From: a virus
Lineage: Duplodnaviria > Caudoviricetes
Strand: one strand, 5' to 3'
Virus record (IMG/VR): IMGVR_UViG_3300030097_000525
Location: 1 to 38,928 of that record
DNA: 38,928 nt
Shown here: positions 1 to 7,350 of the stretch, piece by piece
Position numbering within the stretch: the first letter of the stretch is position 1
Layout of the letters: each line of letters begins with the position of its first letter
Notes under the pieces: model-generated
Seen by the model: the letters and a program-made list of their open reading frames with translations, nothing else
Told to the model about the DNA's origin: nothing
Databases searched by the model: none
Program-made: the position numbers and the translations under genes

Positions 1-98
1 GTTTGCGGACTTTCCAACTGGCATTTTATCCACAGATCGAACATATATTAATTTACAACAGATTTCTAATGCTGGGAGTGTAAGTGCTTTAACAAATT
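1..98. repeat. Terminal direct repeat, left copy (circular contig overlap)
   Basis: 1-98 is identical to 38830-38927; the next base differs (C at 99, T at 38928). A CDS reads in frame across the junction. Confidence 0.95.
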
Positions 99-151
99 CA
101 AACTTTCCAGATGCTTCATATATGAACTTTACAGTCATATACCTAACTTAA
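1..151 (+). CDS. 3' part of the junction-spanning fibre/receptor-binding protein that starts at 38363
   Basis: The frame continues from the window end (...FADFPTGILSTDRTY...YMNFTVIYLT*) to TAA at 149-151. Confidence 0.85.
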   Translation, partial: FADFPTGILSTDRTYINLQQISNAGSVSALTNSNFPDASYMNFTVIYLT

Positions 152-206
152 CTACTGCTAGTGGATTCTAGCAATGGACATTTAACAGCAAATAGAAAGA
201 CACAAA

Positions 207-464
207 ATGGCAATAACAAAAACAGTTGAATACGACAAAACAGAAATTGTAGGTGACTACAAAGCAGTACAATGTCGTGAAGCAACAATCATAAAGGAAA
301 ATGGAGTTGAATTATCACGATCTTTTCACCGTCATGTCCTGCATCCTGACTCAGATATTAGTGGTGAACCACAGGAGACTCAGGATATTTGCAATGCAGT
401 CTGGACTGATGAAGTGAAAGCAGCTTGGACAGCATTTCAGGAAGAACAGGCAGAACCAGAATAA
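207..464 (+). CDS. Small fibre-associated protein (putative assembly chaperone/partner)
   Basis: 85 aa directly after a DDYEEGTWT-type fibre gene. Contains ELSRSFHRHVL and ICNAVWTDEVKAAW motifs, which I recognise from small phage fibre-partner genes. Confidence 0.65.
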   Translation: MAITKTVEYDKTEIVGDYKAVQCREATIIKENGVELSRSFHRHVLHPDSDISGEPQETQDICNAVWTDEVKAAWTAFQEEQAEPE

Positions 465-524
465 CGGACAAAAGTGTCCGAATACAACCACGAAAAATAG
501 AACCCTAACTCCGGAATTACAACA

Positions 525-674
525 ATGACTTCTCAAGTACTTTTCGCCTTCGGTTTAACAGTAAGTATTTTAGGGTGGACACTAATCTCGGTGAGTGATC
601 TAAAAGCAGATATGCGTTTAGTTCAGTATCAGTTAACAGAGATACAGGAGTCATTAAATGCAAAAGATAATTGA
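525..674 (+). CDS. Small membrane protein (TM plus coiled coil), not in ORF track
   Basis: MTSQVLFAFGLTVSILGWTLISVSDLKADMRLVQYQLTEIQESLNAKDN (49 aa). Fills the gap and overlaps the next start; lies in the lysis region. Confidence 0.6.
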   Translation: MTSQVLFAFGLTVSILGWTLISVSDLKADMRLVQYQLTEIQESLNAKDN

Positions 675-1074
675 TAATGCAATCACTGTTTTATTGGGTT
701 TGGTAATCGGCAGCCTTTTCTTTTTTGCAGTTCAGGCAAAAGGAGAACCTCCAAATATGTATGAGGAACGTGCCAGACCTTCACCTCACCCTGTGCAGGG
801 GAAATCCAACGTAAACACAGCAATTGATGACATAATTAATCTGATTCTTAAACAAGGATTCGCAGGAGCAATTATCGTCTGTCTTGGGATCTGGACTTTT
901 CGCACAGACAAAGCGAACAGGGCAATGCAAAAGGAGAATTTTGATAAGCTTGCAAAGATTAGTGTAGATTGTAGCAGTCATATGGCAAGCGTTTCCACAA
1001 GATTAGAGAACCTCGAAAGAGAGGTTGAAGCCTCCAAACAACTTGAGATGCTTTCTGCTTCACGAAAGGGGTAG
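658..1074 (+). CDS. Membrane protein, holin-like or inner-spanin-like
   Basis: Two hydrophobic segments and a C-terminal coiled coil; upstream of the endolysin. Confidence 0.5.
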   Translation: MQKIIDNAITVLLGLVIGSLFFFAVQAKGEPPNMYEERARPSPHPVQGKSNVNTAIDDIINLILKQGFAGAIIVCLGIWTFRTDKANRAMQKENFDKLAKISVDCSSHMASVSTRLENLEREVEASKQLEMLSASRKG

Positions 1075-1222
1075 TATTAGATTATTTTTAATTATTATTT
1101 TCCTGACAGGATGTTCAGCAACCTCAGAAGTGGAGTTAGGATATTGGGACAAGGGGTACAGGGAATTTTCAAAATGGAATTGCGTAGAACCTTTTACGCC
1201 TTTCAAAAACACGGAGTGTTAA
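1025..1222 (+). CDS. Putative lipoprotein (outer-spanin candidate); true start uncertain
   Basis: RLFLIIIFLTGC reads as a signal peptide with an LTGC lipobox; lies in the lysis cluster. Confidence 0.5.
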   Translation: MKPPNNLRCFLLHERGSIRLFLIIIFLTGCSATSEVELGYWDKGYREFSKWNCVEPFTPFKNTEC

Positions 1223-1225
1223 GAA

Positions 1226-1519
1226 GTGAATACAAACGGTAAGATCCAAATCTACAGGTTTTGGGGTAGGTTAATGTTGGCATTGTTTATCTTAGTTATT
1301 TATGCAGGCACAATCTATTCGCTACTTTATCATGTGAAAGATTTGGACGATAAAAGTGCATCACTTTCCCAAGTAATGGTAGGAGCACTAACAGTGGTGC
1401 TTTCTCAGATAGGACAGTATATGTGGGGAAATGATAAGAGTGATGATTTAAAGGAGTCAGAACCAACAAATAAACAGGAGGAAACTAATGTTGGAAGTAC
1501 TATTACTCAATACGATTAA
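1226..1519 (+). CDS. Two-TM holin-like protein
   Basis: Two hydrophobic helices and a charged C-terminal tail; near the endolysin. Confidence 0.55.
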   Translation: MNTNGKIQIYRFWGRLMLALFILVIYAGTIYSLLYHVKDLDDKSASLSQVMVGALTVVLSQIGQYMWGNDKSDDLKESEPTNKQEETNVGSTITQYD

Positions 1520-1676
1520 AAGCTTAGTTGCAAGCAAGGCACAAAGTCTTGTAACAGATCATGTACAAGAGGCACTAAGTGATAACCTTAACGCAGAGCA
1601 GCTTCATGCTTTGGATGCAGTTGTTGATGCAATGCCTGAAAATGCTTTTAAGAACGTCAAGGATTTATTTGGATGA
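1488..1676 (+). CDS. Hypothetical protein
   Basis: AGGAGG RBS; ATGA overlap with the endolysin gene. Confidence 0.7.
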   Translation: MLEVLLLNTIKSLVASKAQSLVTDHVQEALSDNLNAEQLHALDAVVDAMPENAFKNVKDLFG

Positions 1677-2140
1677 GGATCTCAAAAAATTTCACCTTAA
1701 AGGAACTCACGAAAAGTTCAACAGGTGAGAGACTCGGGATCGACAACCAAGTTAAGGATCAACAAACCTTGGTCAACCTTTGTGCTCTAACTCACAACAT
1801 TCTACAGAAGGTTAGGGAGGAGCACGGTAGGACCACAGTTAATTCTTCTTTCCGCTGCCTTAACCTGAATCGGGCAATTAAGAGCAGTGATAAGTCTCAG
1901 CACGTTAAGGGTGAAGCTGCAGACATTGAATGTCCTGCAATAGATAACTTTAAGTTAGCAAAGTGGATTGCTTCTAACTTGGATTTCGATATGGTCCTTC
2001 TTGAATTCTATACTCAGGGAATACCTGACTCAGGTTGGGTGCATGTTAGTTATAAAGCAGACGGTAATAACCGGGAGAAGGAACTTACTGCTGTAAAAGT
2101 AAAAGGTAAAACAGTTTACAAGGAAGGTCTAATTGGATAA
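1673..2140 (+). CDS. Endolysin, peptidase M15A (D-Ala-D-Ala carboxypeptidase-like)
   Basis: Motifs NFTLKEL, SSFRCxxLN, SQHxxGEAADI and WVHVS give the His/Asp/His zinc ligands. Confidence 0.9.
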   Translation: MRISKNFTLKELTKSSTGERLGIDNQVKDQQTLVNLCALTHNILQKVREEHGRTTVNSSFRCLNLNRAIKSSDKSQHVKGEAADIECPAIDNFKLAKWIASNLDFDMVLLEFYTQGIPDSGWVHVSYKADGNNREKELTAVKVKGKTVYKEGLIG

Positions 2141-4305
2141 TGCTAGTCGAGCTTAACGTAAAACCCGGAGTCTACAAGAACGGATCTGTCAGGGAAGCAA
2201 AAGGCAGGTACTTTGATGCTAATCTTGTGAGGTGGAAGGACGGTAAACTGAGACCTATAGGTGGGTGGGCAAAAACAACATCTTCCGCAATAACAGGAAA
2301 GGGGAGGACTATGCTTCCCTTTTTAGACAATGACAAAAGTTCTTATATTGCAGTAGGGACTTCTTCAAAGCTTTATGTTTACACAGGAAAAACAAGTGCT
2401 GCTTCAGATATCACACCCACTTCCCCTGCATTTGTTCCGGGAAATGACACTTCTGCAGTTGGTGTAGGATTTGGCAGTGGACCTTATAACGGCACAGAAC
2501 TTTTAACCTCTGCAACTTATACTGCTTCAACTATTTCTGCTGCCACTTCAGATGATAGTTTTAATGATAGTGCTAGTGCTTTCCCTATCACAGAATACGA
2601 AGTAGGTGACCTGATTCAGGTGAGTGGATTTAGTAACGCTGCTAATAATAAAGCTTATTCTACAGGAACAGCATTAACCTTCACTACTGATTACGCTACC
2701 AACAACAGACTAACTACAAGTTCAGCGCATAGTCTTGTTGTGAATGATCCTGTTGTATTATCGGGAAGTGATATCCCTGCACCACTTGTAGTAGGAACAG
2801 TATATTATGTAAAAACTCAACCAACCACAACCGCAGTCACTTTAGCTGCTGCTCCTGCAGGAACAGAGATAACTTTAACAGATAACGGACAAGGGACTCA
2901 CACTATAACTGAACAGAACTCTCACAGGATAACTGCAATCACTGCTGCAAAAATAACAGTAGCAGCAAGCAACCTTACAACAGAATCAGCACCCGGTCCA
3001 GTCACAATTTCAAAAGCAAGAAACTTTGGCGAAGACGAATATGCTGCAACTACTTCTCTAGTCACTAGTGCAAATCTTTGGAGTTTTGATCTGTGGGGGC
3101 AGTACCTGATAGCATGTTCAGATTCAGACGGTAGAATCTGGTACTGGGACCCTTCTGCAACAGATCCTCTAAATACAAAAGCTGCTCTAGTTAATGCTAC
3201 TTATGCTCCAACTCAGAACACTTGTATCCTAGTTAGTAAGGAGAGACACCTAATCGCTTTTGGTGCGGACGGGAATCCTAAAAGAATAGAGTGGTGTACT
3301 TCAGAGGATTATTCAACTGCAGACTCCGGGTCAGTTAATGCTTGGACTGCTGCTGCCACAAATGACGCAGGAAGTTTTGAGATTGACACTACAGGCAAGA
3401 TAAGGACTGCAACTAAGGTGGGTAATGTGATCCTGATCAACACAGATGTTGATGCTCACGAAATGCGGTATGTGGGACCTCCTTACATTTACTCTCGCAG
3501 GTTAATTGCATCGTCCTGTGGAATTATATCTAGGCAAGCAGTTACTTCAGTTGCAGGATTTGCAGTTTGGATGTCCTACAACGGGAATTTCTTTATGTAT
3601 GACGGTAGTGTCCGGCCTCTGCCTTGTGACGTTTCTAAGTATATTGCAGATGATATAAATGTTGTCCAAGACGATCTTTTTTATGCAGTACCAAATTCAC
3701 TAAATAACGAGATCTGGTGGTTCTATGTGAGTAGTGCAGGTTCTGATATAGACAGGTATGTAATTTGGAACTATGCCGAGAACTGGTGGAGTATAGGACA
3801 ACTCGAGCGAACAGCATTTACTGACGTTGGTGTTTTTGGGAAACCTTTAGGCATTGCCCTGAACGGTCATATCTTTGAGCATGAGATAAAGAGATCCGGC
3901 AGCGGGAACAGGGGGGCAGATGTTTCTTTTGAACCTACAAATACAAATCAGCTTTCTGAAGGAGACAGGACACTTTCCTTCGGTCTTAGTTCTGCCTCTT
4001 CAAATGAAATGACTTATGCCGAGACAGGTGTTTTTGAGGTGGGAATAGGAGACAGGTTTGCAAATGTAAAAACTATGATCACAGACACGACTGCAGGAGA
4101 TAATGCGTTGAGCTTTAAGGTCTACTCTGCATTGAATTCTGACAGTGCCGAAACAGTTTCTGATAGTTATGCTTTAGGCACGGACGGTTACACTCACCTG
4201 AGAGAAACTGGGAGACACCTTCGCTTGAAAATACTGGCTCCCTTTGACCAAGACTTTGAAATTTCAGCACTGAGGGCACAGGTTTCAGCAGGAGGAAGAA
4301 GGTGA
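2140..4305 (+). CDS. Tail nozzle / packaged-DNA stabilization protein (P22 gp10-like) with inserted beta-rich domains
   Basis: 721 aa; N-terminal KPGV..NLVRW..LRPIGGW, beta-propeller-like body and NEIWWFY motif; positioned before the ejection genes. Confidence 0.7.
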   Translation: MLVELNVKPGVYKNGSVREAKGRYFDANLVRWKDGKLRPIGGWAKTTSSAITGKGRTMLPFLDNDKSSYIAVGTSSKLYVYTGKTSAASDITPTSPAFVPGNDTSAVGVGFGSGPYNGTELLTSATYTASTISAATSDDSFNDSASAFPITEYEVGDLIQVSGFSNAANNKAYSTGTALTFTTDYATNNRLTTSSAHSLVVNDPVVLSGSDIPAPLVVGTVYYVKTQPTTTAVTLAAAPAGTEITLTDNGQGTHTITEQNSHRITAITAAKITVAASNLTTESAPGPVTISKARNFGEDEYAATTSLVTSANLWSFDLWGQYLIACSDSDGRIWYWDPSATDPLNTKAALVNATYAPTQNTCILVSKERHLIAFGADGNPKRIEWCTSEDYSTADSGSVNAWTAAATNDAGSFEIDTTGKIRTATKVGNVILINTDVDAHEMRYVGPPYIYSRRLIASSCGIISRQAVTSVAGFAVWMSYNGNFFMYDGSVRPLPCDVSKYIADDINVVQDDLFYAVPNSLNNEIWWFYVSSAGSDIDRYVIWNYAENWWSIGQLERTAFTDVGVFGKPLGIALNGHIFEHEIKRSGSGNRGADVSFEPTNTNQLSEGDRTLSFGLSSASSNEMTYAETGVFEVGIGDRFANVKTMITDTTAGDNALSFKVYSALNSDSAETVSDSYALGTDGYTHLRETGRHLRLKILAPFDQDFEISALRAQVSAGGRR

Positions 4306-4547
4306 AAAGTCCTGCTCTTGCACCTACAGAATATGATCAAACTTATCAGACTGAGCTTAACACAATTATCACTGAGCTTGATGATAATATGATGAAACTG
4401 AATGTAGCTAATTTCTTAATAGATCAAACAGGAGCAATTGTTTTGCAGTCTCCTGACGGGACTTTTTATAAATTGTCAGTAGCAAACGGAGGAGCAATAT
4501 CAGGAACTGCTGTGACTACAGGTCAAACCTCTAATCCTTATGCCTAA
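4302..4547 (+). CDS. Small tail-associated structural protein
   Basis: GTGA overlap with the nozzle gene; P.EYDQ and IVLQSPDGT.YKLSV.N.G motifs. Confidence 0.6.
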   Translation: MKSPALAPTEYDQTYQTELNTIITELDDNMMKLNVANFLIDQTGAIVLQSPDGTFYKLSVANGGAISGTAVTTGQTSNPYA

Positions 4548-4911
4548 GTGGCAGACCGAACTTAAACGTTGTAAAAAATATCTGCTCCCGGTTTTTAAAA
4601 AGTTTGACACTTACAACTGGGAAGACGTTGTTGAGAATGTAAGACAGGGACGTTGGTATTTATTTACACTGCCAAACTCGGCACTGCTAATTGAGTTCTT
4701 AGAGTATCCAAGAAAGAGAGTCCTGTACGTCTTGGCAGCAGGAGGAAACTTGGAAGAAATAATAAAGTCCGAAAGTGATGTAATATCAATTGCAAAAGCA
4801 AAGGAGTGCAACAGCATTGAAGTTAGAGGACGTTTAGGTTTTGAAAAAATTACAAAGGATATCAAAGGCTGGAAAAAACAGTATACTGTGATTAGTAAAA
4901 ATTTAGAATGA
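4540..4911 (+). CDS. GNAT-like virion assembly protein
   Basis: LAAGGNLEE and AKAKECNSIEVRGRLGFEK resemble the acetyltransferase-fold genes found before podovirus ejection genes. Confidence 0.6.
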   Translation: MPKWQTELKRCKKYLLPVFKKFDTYNWEDVVENVRQGRWYLFTLPNSALLIEFLEYPRKRVLYVLAAGGNLEEIIKSESDVISIAKAKECNSIEVRGRLGFEKITKDIKGWKKQYTVISKNLE

Positions 4912-4950
4912 AAGGGGTTAAGAATAAACCTAGTATAATGAGTTTTAAAA

Positions 4951-5355
4951 GTGGAGGACTACAAGCACAAAGTTAATTCAAGTTTTACATATTTACAAAT
5001 AAGACCAATAAGTTCTGAAGAAGAGAGAATGCAGGTTTATGAGGAAGCAAAAAAGGACGGGAACAGACACCCGCTTATGCCGACTCACATAGTTAAAAAA
5101 GAAGAAGAAATTGTTGGAGCATTCTGTTTATTTAGTCCAACAGTTTACTGGTGGATGCACACAACAAAAGTTAAAGGTAGAGACTCACTTTCAATATTCC
5201 AAACTATGAGTGCTCTTCTTGCAAATGAAGGTGTAATAGATTTTATTCTACCATGTGAACCAGAATCACCTTACTTTCACTATCTGTCAAAAAAACTTAA
5301 CTACCACCGTGGTACAGAGGGTGGTGATTGGAGACTTTTCTTAAACAAAGGGTAA
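4951..5355 (+). CDS. Second GNAT-like protein (tentative)
   Basis: HIVKKEEEIVGAFCL strand pair, size and position. Confidence 0.4.
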   Translation: MEDYKHKVNSSFTYLQIRPISSEEERMQVYEEAKKDGNRHPLMPTHIVKKEEEIVGAFCLFSPTVYWWMHTTKVKGRDSLSIFQTMSALLANEGVIDFILPCEPESPYFHYLSKKLNYHRGTEGGDWRLFLNKG

Positions 5356-5356
5356 C

Positions 5357-6340
5357 ATGATAAAAGAATATATTGAGGTACTAGACAACTTACGTCCAGA
5401 AGAAACAAGGTTTGATTTTGATCCCTTAAATAAGAACCTCTGCTTTGGAGGAGCAAGTTCTGGGGGGGGAAACCCTTTGGAAAATCTTTTGAATAGTTGG
5501 GGAATTGGTGGAGGAGGTGGATCAAGTTCAGGTGATGTCGAAACTGAGGGAGGATTAAGTCCTCAAGACCAAGAAATGAAAGATCTTCTCTACGGCAAGA
5601 TCAAGGGTATGTTTGACAGACCTTATTCTCCTTATGAGGGGGGTATGTATCAACCGCGGGAGGAGGGGGAACTTGCTCTTCTTGAAGAACTCAAAGGTGG
5701 TGGAGATTATCAAAAACATTATGACACAGCAGCTACTGATCTAGGTTTCACTCAAGATATTTATAAAAAAGGCACAGAATATGGTGTGGGTGATCTAGAT
5801 CGAGATGCTGGTGATCTCATGTCAAGTGATACTTATAGGAATGAAGTTGCAGAGAGGATCTTGAGGGACATGAATCGTGGTGCTTCAATGTCAGGAATGG
5901 ATCTTACCGGGAAGCAGAACTTCGGTGGTACTGGTGGTGGTGATCGTGCGGATCTTGCACGGTTGAGTAGTAATCTAGGTTATTCTGAAAAAGCAGGTGA
6001 TGCACTTTCAAACCTGCACTATGGTGCACTTAAGGATGCTCGTTCTAGTGCAAGACAGTTGCAGCAGGATAGGTTAGGTGCAGCAGGTTTATATGAAGGA
6101 ACAGCACTCGAAAAATTAGGAGTTGGAACCCGGGGTCTTGATAAAAGGTATTCTACTTCTCTTGGTGCATACGGAGAGGATAGAGCATTCGGGGACAGAG
6201 GCTTGGCATACGACAAAAAAATGTGGGATGAAAGACAAAATTATCCTCTTAAACAACTTGCATTCGGTTCAGGTCTATTTTCTGGAATGCCTTTTGAAGA
6301 AAAGGTTGTATCTAATCAACCTGCAAGCGGAGGTAAATAA
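5357..6340 (+). CDS. Ejection / internal virion protein
   Basis: Leader ending LCFGG, Gly/Ser-rich stretch, PY.PY.G motif, helical body, C-terminal GGK. Confidence 0.65.
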   Translation: MIKEYIEVLDNLRPEETRFDFDPLNKNLCFGGASSGGGNPLENLLNSWGIGGGGGSSSGDVETEGGLSPQDQEMKDLLYGKIKGMFDRPYSPYEGGMYQPREEGELALLEELKGGGDYQKHYDTAATDLGFTQDIYKKGTEYGVGDLDRDAGDLMSSDTYRNEVAERILRDMNRGASMSGMDLTGKQNFGGTGGGDRADLARLSSNLGYSEKAGDALSNLHYGALKDARSSARQLQQDRLGAAGLYEGTALEKLGVGTRGLDKRYSTSLGAYGEDRAFGDRGLAYDKKMWDERQNYPLKQLAFGSGLFSGMPFEEKVVSNQPASGGK

Positions 6341-7350
6341 TGGATAACGAAGAACTTATAAAATATGTGAATTGGATGCAGAGGGAGTATGGTCCTGAAT
6401 GGAAGGAAGTTCTTAATGATCAACTAAGAACAAACCAGTTTGGTGATCATAGTCCCAATTATTCATTTGCGGAAAAAACCCTTCCTTCAGATATGGGCCT
6501 GCTTAATAGTCGTGAGGAAATAAACCAAGTGCTAGGAAGTAAATTAGCAGAAAATTTTCCTGATACTAGAACTAGTATTAGTTTAGTTGATAACCCTGAA
6601 TATCCACATATCCAAAATACCCCAAGTCATTTATCTATGATGAGTACAGACGGTGCTCCTAGAGGAGAGCAGTTACTGAGTGAAGCACCTTTCAATAGCC
6701 CAGATTATCAATTGGATCAATGGGGGCAAACTTCAGATCCTTATGTGTTTCATACTCAAGATTCTCTTAAAGACTATATCTCAGAAAATTTTCCTGATAC
6801 TAATTCTAGTTTAGGATTCCCTTCAACAGTACAGACCGCACCGCAGATGCAAGCTATAGAAAGTTCTAGTTCTTTTATTCCAGCAGCTTCATCTTCTTTG
6901 GCTTTAGAAGCAGGACCGAGTGGATATCCTTCTGTTGATGCTGCTGCAGGACAAATGTATGGTGGGACAGGAATCTCTGAAGAATTAGCATCACAGACAG
7001 CAGCAAAGGCAGGAGCAGAATCTGCGTGGGGTGGACCTGCAACCTTTGCTGGAAATATGGCACTGAACATGATCCCAACTCGAGACAGAAATAAGGTAAA
7101 CACTCCTTTAGGTGATGAAGGTAGCATGAGTGGAATACTTAAAGGAACAGGGAAGGGTGCTCTTCTTGGTGGAACTATATCAGGAGGGAATCCTTATGCA
7201 ATCGCAGGAGGAGCAGCTTTAGGTGCTTTGGGAGGAGCATCAGGTTATTTTGATTCTACCTCAGCACCTGTAGTTAATATTTCTAGGGTTAGACGAAGAG
7301 GAGGAGGTATGCAAGGTGGACTTCTAGGTGGGGGGTCAATGTATGGCTAA
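6340..7350 (+). CDS. Ejection / internal virion protein with C-terminal glycine zipper
   Basis: Low-complexity body followed by GALLGG..AIAGGAALGALGG. Confidence 0.55.
   Translation: MDNEELIKYVNWMQREYGPEWKEVLNDQLRTNQFGDHSPNYSFAEKTLPSDMGLLNSREEINQVLGSKLAENFPDTRTSISLVDNPEYPHIQNTPSHLSMMSTDGAPRGEQLLSEAPFNSPDYQLDQWGQTSDPYVFHTQDSLKDYISENFPDTNSSLGFPSTVQTAPQMQAIESSSSFIPAASSSLALEAGPSGYPSVDAAAGQMYGGTGISEELASQTAAKAGAESAWGGPATFAGNMALNMIPTRDRNKVNTPLGDEGSMSGILKGTGKGALLGGTISGGNPYAIAGGAALGALGGASGYFDSTSAPVVNISRVRRRGGGMQGGLLGGGSMYG

Noticed and set aside
1-98. Biological terminal repeat of the virion DNA
   Set aside because: It falls mid-gene and its length fits an assembler overlap.
474-524. In-frame TAG upstream of the 525 ORF suggesting stop-codon recoding
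   Set aside because: Long genes are intact in code 11, and TAG terminates several genes normally.
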